Shown here piece after piece: positions 30,001 through 41,729 of a DNA stretch of 64,000 bases (position 1 is the stretch's first letter; each line of letters opens with the position of its first letter). The position numbers and the translations under genes were made by a program. Below the pieces are notes generated by a model, which was not told where the DNA came from, did not search any database, and saw only the letters and a list, made by a program, of their open reading frames with translations. The DNA comes from Thalia democratica (taxonomy: Eukaryota), in contig OZ241832.1 in the NCBI GenBank assembly GCA_965202585.1, forward strand, positions 2,852,001-2,916,000, in the 5' to 3' direction.

Positions 30001-32518
30001 AGTTCTAAAAAATTAACAAAACAAAATAGTATTAATTATTAAATAATAATAAGGTAATACTAAATTATATATGTTATAGCACAAACATATAGTACTTCAA
30101 TTAAAACAAGTTTATTACTAACCGGGTAATATTACTTGTTTGCACAGAACTTAATATTAAATACTTAATATATTAAAATAAATATTTAATTACTAACGAG
30201 GTAAAATTCCTTGTTCGCACAGAACTTGTCTGGATCTTCTCTGTTGAAGACGCATTTGCAGAGCTATAAATAATAAACATGCTATGACAAAATAATATAA
30301 AATAACACAGTAAAATAATAGCATAAAAAAATATTATATATTACTAATATACTAAGGTTTCAAAATGATAGAAAATTTAGCTGCGTTTCAATCAATTAAC
30401 AGCTTTATTAAAAGAAATTTTCTTTAAATATAACTTATCTAAGTTGAAAAATTATTTTTTTTTAGTATTTAAAAACTTACTTGAATAATATTAAGTAAAG
30501 TAGTAAATATATAAAGCTAGCATAAAACTTGGTTATGTCAAACAAAAATAAATAAATTATAATCATTATTCTTCAAGCAAATCATTCCCCAAAACTATTT
30601 TTCAATTGTTTTTGTTTTTTCACTCTCTAGCTAAGCTTCCCATGACATATTTTTTTAAACATTATTCTTGTACTAATCATTCTTCAAATTACTTTTTGTT
30701 TATTTTCATTCTTAAGTAAAGCTCCTGATATTATTTTTAATATAATTATTGTATTTTCTGGTAAAAAAAATTGGATTTGTTCTGACTATTTTAACTGAAA
30801 AAAAAGACTCTTTGTTAAGACAAGCATTATTTCTGAAATTATACTTTTAGTTCAATGTATTATTTTTGTCATTTATTATAGTTTTTTATTTAATGTTTGA
30901 ACATCAATAAAATGATGTTTAATTAATAACTTTTTTAACTTGTTTATTAGCCTTTATAAATACTTACTCTATATTACCTCAACTCATCCAAAAAGCAAAA
31001 GGAAATTTTTGTATCAAAATTAATTAAATTATATACATGCAAAAATAATAAAAAAGCTAAGCAAAATTGGAAACTTAAACATTTTTTATGCTACTGGCTT
31101 ATAATGAAACAACAATTTGTTTTTTTTTTGCAATACACCTTAAGAAGCTAAATTAAAAAGAAAATAAAAAATAGCTTTATTGATTTAAAAAATAAAATAA
31201 AATAAAAAAATTTAAGGAATAATTTGTTATTAACTTATTTTAATTTTTCAAATCTCAACAGTACACTTGTTAATTGAAACATACTAAATCTCAGAGAAAT
31301 TAAAATGTTTTGCAAGCTGACAAGCAGGTAAACGTACAATTTTTTGTTGAAACTGCAGAATTCTCACACTGGCCTTAAATTTTCACAGCAAAGTTTTAAT
31401 TTGTATTTTTATTAAATTTTATTAAAAATCTACAGAATACAGGGTCGAAGTTGAGTGTTTGATATTTAAAATTAAAATTTTACCGTCTAAAACTTGGAAA
31501 CTATCTTTTTAATTGTAAATTGAGACTTTTTAAAATATTTAGGCATAACCCTTAAACTTATTAAATCCAGCTACAATTTTAATTTTGTAAGATTTGTCCT
31601 CATAAAAGAAAAACAGGTTTGAAAGATTTCATTTTAAAGTAAATCAATAATAATTATATTTGTACAATAGATATGTTTACTAATTACTATACAAAAAAAA
31701 TCTTGCTTAAACAACTTTTAACTACTAAAATCAGCAGAATTCAACCTTAATATTTTTTTCATTAATTAAACTTTTCATATTTAAATTAAAACAATTTTAC
31801 AGGAAAGATATCTACACTTCTGAACTCTATGACTTGAATACCAAACACAACTTTATTAAAATAATTCAAAAATATAATTATAAAATACAACTCAAAGCAA
31901 CAAGCTGCAACAGCCTTAAGAACATGTGCGCTGACCACAAAAAAATGAGAAAAAATGTGAATTTACTTCATTTGTAAACTATCATTTTTGTTCTATAAAT
32001 GCCTAAAAACATTATTTAAAAGTTTTTAGTACTCAAAAAATTTGAAAAGTATGATGTGCTATGATTTCTTCAAAAATGTCTGTCTAATTAAACGTTTACT
32101 ACTTATAGATAACTTTTGATTAACCATTTTTTTTTATCATAAAGTTTTAAACACAAAAAACTACATCATATTTTACTCTTATATAAAGTTATGAAAAAAC
32201 TAGAACAGTTTTCAAGTTTCTTGAAAAAGGGGCTTAAAAACATTAAAGTTTATAGATAAGTTTGTACTTACCACACAGACTCATAGTTTATGAAAAATGC
32301 TTCAATTTAAGTTTTAGTATGCACCATAAAGTGTTTTACTCTTCTTTAAAATAAAAAAGTGCTTAAAAAACATACTTATCCTTGTAAAAAAACTATTTAA
32401 CAAACTTTTTCATTGTAGAACTTTAAAGAATAAATAGCAACTTACTCTGCTTTGTAGAATCGAAATGATCCATTTGTATGGTTAGATTGTTGTTTAGGTT
32501 GTTATTATCTCCATTCAT
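1..32518 (-). CDS. MRTF: Myocardin-related transcription factor (myocardin/MRTF/MKL family), 3'-partial; SAP domain and C-terminus expected beyond the left edge
   Basis: Exons (minus strand, all GT-AG, phases consistent): 32518-32446, 30263-30198, 28984-28853, 27661-27503, 15314-14944, 10567-10403, 8562-8452, 7605-7466, 5227-5191, 19-<1. About 424 aa in window. MNGDNNNL...KQTLQMRLQQRRSRQVLCEQGILP (RPEL1), KLNKAIQRRPGRQYLVDKHILE (RPEL2), KAKLVDDLNEKIQCRPGVIELVEKKIIP (RPEL3), DDDSSDAFSPEQ, KKKEKTKIKTFKYHQYIPPTQ (basic domain), MDTNYARRLEQQQIYLQYQI (Q-rich). The order and motifs match the MRTF family. The last two small exons are less certain. Confidence 0.95.
2261..3020. repeat. Degenerate AT-rich tandem array (about 66-bp and about 50-bp units, ATGAATATGTTGAAAATATTTT core)
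   Basis: More than ten copies of the core, near-identical at 2261-2460 and decaying rightward; lies in an MRTF intron. Confidence 0.9.
3013..3130. repeat. Inverted repeat/hairpin with about 40-bp arms and a 32-nt loop
   Basis: TTAAGAGTACTTGCTAATATAATCTGACAT (3024-3053) pairs with ATGTCAGATTATAGTAGTAAATACTCTTAA (3086-3115). Confidence 0.85.
5839..6450. repeat. About 197-bp tandem duplication plus a partial third copy
   Basis: TGACAGTCTAAGCAGATTAATT(A/T)GTTTTGTTT at about 5854, 6051 and 6406; CTTGGGAGGTA(A/T)GGCTTTT in the first two copies. Confidence 0.85.
7590..7815 (-). repeat. Three tandem copies of the MRTF exon-8 acceptor plus the first exonic bases
   Basis: Extra minus-strand AGs at 7697-98, 7749-50 and 7801-02 in TTTTAACAG|G(G)AAAACAGAAGAAAC-like context; 52-bp period. 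Confidence 0.85.
22673..23125. repeat. Three degenerate copies of an about 200-bp unit
   Basis: TTAGTGAAA.TTTCTCAAAA...TTG/AACTAGTAAG-like motif at 22673, 22889 and 23076. Confidence 0.7.
27110..27530 (-). repeat. Four intronic copies of the MRTF exon-4 donor junction
   Basis: AACCTCTGAGTGCATTCTGAAT-like motif at 27500 (real), 27423, 27339, 27214 and 27118. Confidence 0.88.
27503..30263 (-). other. RPEL1-3 actin-binding repeat region of the MRTF gene (one RPEL per exon)
   Basis: Translated exons 30263-30198, 28984-28853 and 27661-27503 each carry one RPEL-like motif; all three are phase 1-1 exons. Confidence 0.92.
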
Positions 32519-34439
32519 GACTATTCATTTAAGAATAACTTATTTGTACTCTGTAACATTGTAAAAAATGTTCAAGTTTCTTATACTTAAAAATACTATG
32601 TTAAAAATTCAATTTTCTTCTTCTTAAAAATCACAAGACACCTTTATTTCAATAAAAAATACTTAAACATTTCATAATTATATTCTCAAAGTTTTTAAGC
32701 ATAAATACTTATTTTAAGGGCATAGGGGGGTTAAAACTTTTTTCATAATTTGATACTATTTTATATAGTTTTTACTAAGCTACAAGGTTCTTTTTACAGA
32801 TTTGAAAAACTCAAAATAGTTTTTGAGACATAGCCAGTCAAAGGCAAAGGCAACAATAGGTTCCTTATGGGAGGAGCAAACTAAAACGGCAAATAACTAA
32901 GATCACTAAAAATCTTCTCCTACGTTTTTTGAGATAACTACCTAAAATTTTCACGAAATGTTCCTTGGCAATATTTAGAAAATTCGGTCAAAACAAAATT
33001 AAAAAAAAAAATTAAGAATAAACATTCTATAACAAAAAAAGTTCAGCTTTAAGTTAAGTATACTAAAACAAAATTCACAATTGATAAAATATATAAATTC
33101 ATTAACTCATAGGTTGTAAAGCAACAGTTAAATAAAAAAACAAATATACTTTAATTTAATCAATTTAACTTAATTTGAAACGTTTATTTAATAAAGTTCT
33201 ACAATGAAATTAGTTGCTTAAAATGGTGACCATCAGGTAAAATTTAATAAAAATTAATGCAACTGAATAAACCTTGTTGAAGAGGAATTCTGGTGTCTTC
33301 TACCATAAAAATCAATGAGTAGAAATAACTGTGCTATAAAACTAACTAAACTTATGAATAAATAAAAATGTAATTAAATCCTGCATGTACCTGTATTTCC
33401 TATGTTTTGAACTTTGAATATGGAGAGTCAAACAAATGCACTCAACCGTAAAGTTAACTCAATTTTATTTTTTAGATTTTATTTGTTGTTGTGTAGGTAA
33501 AGTACCTACTGATAGAGTTGTATAAAAACTAAGGTATTTGTATGTTGATTTTCTAACATTGTTGAATTATTAAGTAAATATTTAGATCATACTTGAATGT
33601 TTTAAATCTTTTGAGTTAGGTTCAAGTTTCTTTAAGTGTTTTATAGTTCACTGCTCAATGAAACTTGGTTATTGTTAAGTTTAATACTATTTCAAGTGTT
33701 CATACAAGTTATAAAAGCAACTTGTATTTTTGAAAATTAGTGTTTGTGTTATTTATTGTGGTTCATTTTATAAAATGGATTCATTAACTCAGTTGTCTTG
33801 TCTGATTAGTATCTAGTATTTATAAGGTTGCAATTAAATAAAGTAGGTAACTATTTATGAGTAATACCAACATCCTTCAAAAACATTATTGTTTCAGTAC
33901 AATACATAGCTGGGTTGTTAAATTTATGATTGAATTGACAGAGTGTAGTTTTGATTAATTTTATGTGAACAAATTTACATTTTTGTGGACATTAGATTTG
34001 CATTAAGTGATGCTTTTTGTACTAATCAATTTCACTTTAACTGTTTTCTATGGTTTCATTATGGCCCATAATACAATTTATTTTTTATTTAACTTTGAAT
34101 GTCAAAAACAGCTTTTGATTATTAGGAAATTAATTAATTTAAGTTATTGATTTTTATTGTATACTTGTTAAAATTTATTTTTACACACTTTTTGCTTAAA
34201 GGATAAAACTTAGTCTTTATTGTACATGTCAAACAATTTAATCTTGCAACATTCAACTCAGAGAGTTTTCAAAGCCATCAGGCCACACAGAAATGATAAA
34301 AGTATCATTTGTTTTACATTTAATTTATTCAAATTTCTTTTTATTGTCAACTGCATAGTATTAATTTTAAGAATTTTAAAACTATTATTCATAATAAAGC
34401 CTTGAAGTGTAAAATTACTTCATTTATACATATACACTT

Positions 34440-34625
34440 GTTGAGTGCATGCAATTGCAAACAAATTTCAATTCCTTGTTTGATAGCTGCAAACCAACAC
34501 GAAATTACCACTTCGCCCAATTTACCATGTGAGAAAAATAACCTTTGCTGATAATCAGCTTTATCAGTGCGCTAGTTTTTCCAGATCTCTAATTTTCATA
34601 AAGTGTTTCTGTCGAACTAAAGTTC
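34440..34625. promoter_or_regulatory. Candidate promoter between the divergently transcribed MRTF and RING genes
   Basis: Local GC/CpG enrichment with CCAAT (CCCAATT) about 2 kb upstream of the MRTF ATG; support is positional only. Confidence 0.3.
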
Positions 34626-36076
34626 TTTATTCGTTTTTATCAATATGATTTTTTTTTCTAATACAACATGCTTTTTTTTAACAAAAGTATTTGAAACTAC
34701 TAAGGACAAACAAGCATCTACAAATTTAATATGAATAACTTTTGTTAGTCTTATAACTTACATGTTTCTCAATGCACTTATTACTACAATATAAAACGTT
34801 GATTGATAATTTTTTTTAATTTTAACCTTTGTAGAAGTTTTATCAAGTTTAAAATAAGATTAAAAGTTTAAACAGTTAAAGCTTTTTCCATGACTTTTGA
34901 GTCAATAAATCTATAACATAAAATTATGTCCATAATGATTAAATCTAGTTTAAACTGCGGAAGTATTTTGCATTTATGACGATAAGATGAATTGAAGTCC
35001 TTTTTCAAACGATATATAGTAATTAGATATTCAGTGATTTAAGTAACTTTATCACGTATAACAAACAATACAATAAACAACTCTTAAGTGTTTTTTTTTG
35101 GAAAACTTAGTATTATATTGGTAAGTACTTGCGTTATGGAATACCAGTTACACTGCCGCTCCATTTAGTTAAATACTGAACTATGTAGAAAAAAGTTACA
35201 GCTAGGAGAAAATGAGTCTGAAATATTCTCTAGGCTATGTTCAGATATATGTTTACTGAGTTTGGGAAGTGACAGACACTCTAGACCACCTTGCTGCTAC
35301 TAAAATGTAAATATTTGTATTATTTATTGTTTATTGTAAAGTTCTTTCTTAAACAGTGTTATTTCTTATAAGCAGTTTTTTGATTTAAATTCAAAGCAGT
35401 TAATTCTTGGTTTAGTTTTACAATCTTAAAATACATTTCTGAAATATTTAGTTTTTGTGTAAATGTTTTGACCGCATCTAAAATATATTCTATAGTATGA
35501 TGTTCTTTATTTTTAGTATTTGATATGTTCTTCAATATAAAATATAACCACCAAAAATCAAGCTTAGTGAGTATAAGTAGTATTGAACAACTTTACGTAT
35601 TATTCATATCAGGATTTACTACAGTTAAAGTTAAAATTAATTGTGGTTATTTGTCTAGGTGTGTTATTTATTATAACTTTTCAAGTGATCATACCAGTTA
35701 TTATTTAAGTGACCTAAACCCATGGGTCACTTTTGGTATTTTTTGTAGTTTTATTGATAAAATTAGTAAGAACATTTTTAGCATATTAAGTTAGAATGTT
35801 TTGATATAATGTTGCGCGTATTAATATATTGTTTATGAACTCAAATAATTGAATATTCATTTAGTTAGTTAACTAAAACATGGTATTAAGTTTTAGTAAA
35901 CTTATTCAAGGGCTACAAATTAAAGCTTTTGTACAGGAAAAATGCTAAAATAATTTTTTAGACAATATGAAACTATTTATCATGCTGGACTCATGTAAAA
36001 TGTTTTTTCACAAAAGTGATTGTACAAAAATATCACCTAAAAACTAAAATGTAGTTAAATAAGTTACACTCTAAAC

Positions 36077-36389
36077 CAGGGTTTCCAAACTGTTTTGCAA
36101 ATGGCCCCCTTTATAGAAAATTAAAAAGCAATAAAGCAATGGCCCCCTTCAACAAGATTACTCATAAACTACGATAAAAAACACCAAAGACCTTTTTTTT
36201 TTTAAATTTTTTTTTTGCTCTTCATCTGCACCTCGAGAATGTCTAGTGTAAGTTTCATGTTATGGCCTCATGGCCCCCTGTGGCTCCTTTACTGCTCATG
36301 GCCCCCCTCTTCCTCTTTGCTGCTCTTGGCCCCCTGAGTATCTGTCATGGTCCCCTAGGGGGCCACTTGGCCCACTTTGGGAAACCCTG
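36077..36389. mobile_element. Non-autonomous hAT (Charlie-like) MITE, 313 bp
   Basis: TIRs CAGGGTTTCC(C)AAA at both ends; perfect 8-bp TSD CTCTAAAC (36069-36076 and 36390-36397), which fits the hAT/Charlie NTCTARAN target; internal TGGCCCCC subterminal repeats. Confidence 0.93.
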
Positions 36390-38135
36390 CTCTAAACAGT
36401 GGCTGTATAACTTTTTACTTAGGACAGTTCTAAAAACTTAAACTTGTTTGGAATTTTTATGCGAAATTCATACCTTACAGGGTATTTTATAATTCTTATG
36501 CTAGTTTTAATGAGTTTTTATCTTAAGTTATAATTTTAGTTCTGTTTTATTCTGTTTTTGAATATTTCAGTATCCAAGCTGAACTATCTTATTTCATTTA
36601 TTTTTGTTATAGTTTAAGATATAGTAATTGAGATCTCTTTATTTGTTTTCTGAAAACTAAAACGTTTTGATTTAGAAAGAAGCAACTTTGATGAAGTATT
36701 ACAAATTAATATTTTCAGGTATTCATAATTATTGCTTTAATAGATCTAGTTACCAATTTAATCAGAATTAGTTTTGGAATGAAAAAGTACTTAAGCAAAG
36801 AAAAACAAGATAGGACGTAAGACTGATTTTGGAAATAAATAAACTTTACATAACTAAGGAATAGTTGAAGTTTCCGAAGTAGTTTTTATGATTAACTCAA
36901 AAATTTATGTTATTATGAGTGTGTGACTACATTAAAAAATAAGTGAAAAGTAATACTTTTAGTTGTTATTTTATAATAACATATTTATCATTACAATGTT
37001 GGTTAGCTGTTTTTATGCCTTCTCAACTTATTAAAAAAGAAGTAAAATCATATTTAAAAATATTCAAAAACTGAATATAATCATATGTCATAGTTTTTGT
37101 TTAACTCACTTAAATTTAATCTTTTTCAGTTTTTAAAGTTTGAAAAAATAAATACATTTTGCGTGTTTTGTTTAGCACCTGAGTTAATTGAATTTACTTT
37201 TAATTCACTTAAAATAATTTAAATTTTAATAAAAATCATGATTTTTTGTAGTTTTTACATAACTCAAATTAGTTTTTTTTTTTCAATTTCTAGCTAGATT
37301 TTTAGAAACATTAACTTAGGAAAAGTCCTATTGTAATTTAGTTAATTAGAAAAACTAAATTACATTAACTTAGAAATGTTTGGCTCTTGTAACTCAATTT
37401 AATCTCAAGCACAGGTGAATTCTCATTTGGTGTAACTCAAGATCTACTCTATAGAAGGGTAACCATTTTTGTATCAAAGAATGATAAAAAAAATAGATAT
37501 ATTTTGTTAAAAGTTAAAATTATACTTGAGTATAATAAACATCATTATAAATTATTTGAAATTTTTATGCGAAATTCAGCTTATACTAATTTTTAAAGTG
37601 TAATGCTATTTTCAATTATTTTTTCTCATATTTGATAAAAAACCGTTCAATTGTTTTGACTATTTGTTATTTATTCTTACTGAAGCTCTTTTATCCATAC
37701 TAAAGCTTTGTAAAGGGTTAAAAAAATAATATTTCCTTAAATATTCTTAGGCTGGATTTGAAAAGTAGTAGCCTTGATTATGTATGATAAAATGTATTGT
37801 AAAATTTTAAGTACTTTTAATTGTTTTTAATAATTTGTTTAAATTAGGAATTTAGTAAGAAAAATCATCGATTTAAAACAACGTGTTCATCTAAGACAGT
37901 TAAGAGCTTAGAATGCAAAATTGAAATTTAACTTATAAAAATTAAACTTTATATAGATAGATGGACTTAAACTTTCCAACTAAATACTTGTTGGTGTTAA
38001 ATTTTATTACTTTAAAAGAAGTTAAACACATTGTGTCTGTAATTATAACTATCTAAGATTTAAAAGGGCATTTATCAGTTGTATTGCTAATCAAATAAGT
38101 TTTGTATAGGTTTGTACAATATAAAAGTTACTTTT

Positions 38136-39208
38136 ATGGAAAATCCACCACTAAACAACAATCAAAGACCTACCAATGCGACAGAGGTGAGTAAAAAATA
38201 ATTTTTATTGAGTTAATTTTTTGTACTCTGTTCTAATTTTAATCTTATCGTATACACTTAGGAACCAATTGTTTTACTTAAATAAAACAAGACAAAACTA
38301 TATTACTTTTGAAGTTTTATTAAAGTAAAGCTTTTTCAAGTACTTTCTAGTTCTTATATTTAAAATGTTAAACTGAGTTTAAAACTAATAACTTTATGAG
38401 CGATTGAAATTAAATTCATCTTAAATTGTAACGAACAGCTCTACAGGGCGAAATATTGTTTTATAGTTAGAATCTGTAAACAAAATTCTAACAATTTGTC
38501 ACCTTATATCTGTACAAGCCTGAAACTTACATTGAACCAAAACATAACTTTAATATTTACATTTTTTGAATTGTCATACAACAGAACATTTGGAACATGG
38601 ACGCCGAGAAATTACAAAAAATTTTCGAAACGTGGGAAAATGTACTTAACAGCCTCACTGAGTTGCAATTTGTTGAGCAATATTCGATTGTAGTTATCCA
38701 ATCGATTTACGCTTATTTTGCTTCCTTCAAATCGAGATTGGATGCGAACGAAAAAAGAGTTGCTGAATACAAGCGAACGAGGCAAGCAATTGAAAGAATT
38801 AACAAAAGTCTGAAGGTTTCGGGTAAAAAACTTGAGAGGAGTAGGAGACAAGAGGCCATCGAAAATGTGCAGCTCAAAATAAGGAAGCTCAAAAGTGAAA
38901 ATAAACATATTAATACTTTGTTGTATGAGCTGGACAAAAAACAAATAAGATTTCAACAACAATATGTAGTGAAGATAGATACGTTCCGCCCAGGTCTGCC
39001 AACTGCAACGATCCAAAGTTTCACTCACTTCACAGCTGATGAGTCGCTTGTTGGTGATCAGTGTGCGATTTGTATGGAAAATTTTGAAATCGGTAGACTT
39101 ATGATGCGTCTCGACTGCGATGGTCGGCACGCTTTCTGTCAAGTCTGTATTAAAGAATGGTTTGCTGACAACAAAACATGTCCTCTTTGTAGGCATATGT
39201 TTAAGTGA
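38136..39208 (+). CDS. RING-finger protein, putative E3 ubiquitin ligase, with an N-terminal coiled-coil-like region
   Basis: Exon 1 38136-38186 (MENPPLNNNQRPTNATE, donor GTGAGT) joins in phase 0 to exon 2 38585-39208 (acceptor ACAACAG; NIWNMDAEKL...). C-terminal CAIC-x14-C-DGR-H-AF-C-QV-C-x10-CPLC. K/E/R-rich helical middle region. About 224 aa. Confidence 0.88.
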
Positions 39209-39606
39209 ATAATGATTTAGATGAATACCAATATTTCCTATGAGTTCTAGACACGTATTTAATTAATAATGATTTAGATGACTGTTAATATTTTCCTTAA
39301 ATTCTAGGCATACATTTAGGTGAATAATGATTTAGATGATTACCAATATTTCCTTTAAGTTTTTGGCAAAAATTTAAGTGAATAATGATTTAGATGTCTA
39401 CTAATATTTCCTGCAAGTTATAGGCATATGTTTAAGTAAATAATAATTTAGATGTCTACTAATATTTCCTGCAAGTTATAGGCATATGTTTAAGTAAATA
39501 ATAATTTAGATGATTACCAATATTTCTTTTAAATTCCAGGCATTAGTGTTTATGAATAATAGTTTAGATGATTAGTAATGTTTCTTTTAAGTTCTAGGCA
39601 TACATA
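39190..39606 (+). repeat. 58-bp tandem repeat (about 7 copies) whose unit includes the last codons and stop of the RING gene
   Basis: TAGGCATATGTTTAAGT(G/A)AATAAT.ATTTAGATG recurring at about 39205, 39263, 39320, 39378, 39436, 39494 and 39552. Confidence 0.92.
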
Positions 39607-40140
39607 ATTTGAAAGAAGTTAAATACATTTTGTCTGTTTAAAGTTTAAGTATTTAGTCAGTTTAAGAAATAATGTTTGTAGTATTTCAAAAAAAAAGTTA
39701 GCTCTAATTAATAAAATTTCGATGATAATTTTTTTGTGCTTTCAATTATTTTTTAAAGAGATAAATCACAACAAATCAGAATAATTAGAAATTGAATTGT
39801 TCTGCACTTTATTTACACATATTTAAACTTTAATTTGAAAAATAATGCAAATTAGTGCCAGCTTATTGGTTTAAACTAAATTTATTTTGCTTGTGTTTAT
39901 TAAAACAAACTTAAAATATAAAACCATTTACAGTTTTTTTCAAGGTGTTAGTTAAACACTAATGTTACTTCATTTCTACAAATTTATTCCAAAAAAAATT
40001 TCTAAATTTAACACAGAATATTGAAAAAAAATAGTAAAAAAGAAGGAGCAAAATAGTTTACATAGAACAGTTTTCTCTTAAAAATGATGACATAAGAATC
40101 TTAAGTTTAGTTTTTACGGTCCAAAAAAAAAACAGTTTAA

Positions 40141-40554
40141 GGTAGCTCGGGTCTAAAATGCACAAAGACAAAATTGCACGAAACCAGATTTGCACGAAGA
40201 CGATTTTGCACGAGTTACATTTTTGCATGAGAGTATTAAAATTACAGAAAAAAAAAATAAACTAAAAAAAAAAAAAGTTACTGACCGAGGGTAAGGGTTC
40301 GGGGTAACAGTGATAGAAAAAAAAAATAAAAATAAAAAAAACAAATAAAATAATAAAAAAAAAAGATAAAATTAAAAAAAAGCTACCGACCTAGGGTAAG
40401 GGTTAGGGGTAACAGTGAAAGTAAAAAAAAATAAAGTTAATAGAAAAATCAAAAAAATTAACCCGTGCAAAGTTGTCTTCGTGCAATTTTGTGCACTCGT
40501 GGAATTTTGTCCCATCGTGCAACTTTGTACTCTCGTGCAATTTAGACAGCTGCC
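40141..40554. mobile_element. MITE-like element with imperfect TIRs, TGCACGA subterminal repeats and telomere-like internal motifs
   Basis: Left end GGTAGCTCGGGTCTAAAATGCAC versus reverse complement of right end GGCAGCTGTCTAAATTGCAC; TTGCACGA repeats on the left and TCGTGCAA on the right; two GGGTAAGGGTT(C/A)GGGGTAACAGTGA copies separated by A-tracts. No clear TSD; superfamily unassigned. Confidence 0.8.
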
Positions 40555-41339
40555 AGTCTAAGGAATCGTCCATGTTTACTAACTAAAACAATAATCAAAG
40601 TGTAAGAAGTATTATTATTTTCAATACCTATTTTAGTTTATTTGTAGTTTTCAATATTTCTTAAACACTTTAACACACATTTAGGAACGTATAAAACATG
40701 CTTTAAACTTTCATTAAGTTTTCAAGATTAAATAGTCTTGCTGATTTGAATAACAATCAGCTAAATAAAAAGTGTTTAAATGTTCTAAAAAAGGACAATT
40801 TATTATAACAATAATAAGTAATCATGTTGTAAGATGAAATCAGTACAAACACTTCAACTATAATTTCAATTTCATTTTAAATAAAAATAATTAAGTAAAT
40901 TTATTTTAATTTAAGGGCATTAAATAGTTGGCCAATTTTTTTAGAAAAGTTGTCACGAGTAAAATTTTGAATTTTTTAAAATTCAAACTTTGAATTTTAA
41001 TTTGATAAAATAAGCATAAAAAATGAGTAAACAGTAATTATCAAAAAAAGAGTCTATTTGTATATTTTTAATGCAATTTTTTTTGTTTAAAAAAGTATCT
41101 CTTTAGCTGATAAGTACATTGCGGGCCGCATTTGCAAGTATCTTAAGTAATTAAAATTAGAATAATGTATTATATTTAAAAAATTTAACTTGTTTCTCTT
41201 TTAACTGTAAAAGTAGAAATGTCTATTTAAATTAAAGCAGTTTGAAATATTGAAAAAAATATTTCGAGGGAGAAAACGATTTAGTTACAAAGAAAAGTTA
41301 TGTGAGAAGTTAGTAAAATAAATAGTATAAAACAACAAA

Positions 41340-41410
41340 TACATGTTTATGACGTCACAACTACGTAACTACTACGTCATAATCGTGTCATTACATGTTT
41401 CACGATGAAC
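41340..41410 (+). promoter_or_regulatory. Probable promoter element of the CUB-like receptor gene (CRE-type palindrome plus half-sites)
   Basis: TGACGTCA at 41350-41357 followed by CTACGTAA and CTACGTCA, about 380 bp upstream of the ATG. Confidence 0.45.
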
Positions 41411-41729
41411 TTTTACCATATGAGTTGTTTTCTAGGAATATGACTAAATATTGGCTTAAAATTGTTTTTCTAAACTTTCATTTCTTTTATATTAATGAAA
41501 GTCTGGTTTACATTTTATATGTTGTTGAACAATTTTTTATTAATAAAACGGAATTGTTAAGGTATAAAAAAATAAAAACTAGTTGTGCTACTTTTAAATA
41601 CTTTTTTAACAAATAAAATTTGTGTAAGTTTAGCACTTGCGGTCACCATATATGAGTAATTTATAATTAGTTGTTTATGTTTACAGTTGAACTGTCTTTA
41701 TTTGTTAGTAAAATTCAAGCAGTGCATAT

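Noticed and set aside
33260-33460. Possible additional upstream MRTF exons (27-nt DTRIPLQQ cassette and others)
   Set aside because: No in-frame ATG-bearing exon could be linked; these may be UTR exons or chance.
35708-35750. Hairpin AAGTGACC-N10-GGTCACTT as a Helitron 3' end or terminator
   Set aside because: No CTRR terminus at the expected distance; isolated short palindrome.
38612-39196. 194-aa and 74-aa minus-strand ORFs, and the 65-aa plus ORF at 38496
   Set aside because: Antisense or alternate-frame shadows of the RING exon; no motifs.
32551-41686. Acceptor-like AGs shortly upstream of three start codons (32551, 38109, 41686) as evidence of SL trans-splicing
   Set aside because: Ordinary 5'UTR introns explain them equally well (for example a GTAAGT donor about 60 nt upstream of 41686); not decidable from DNA.
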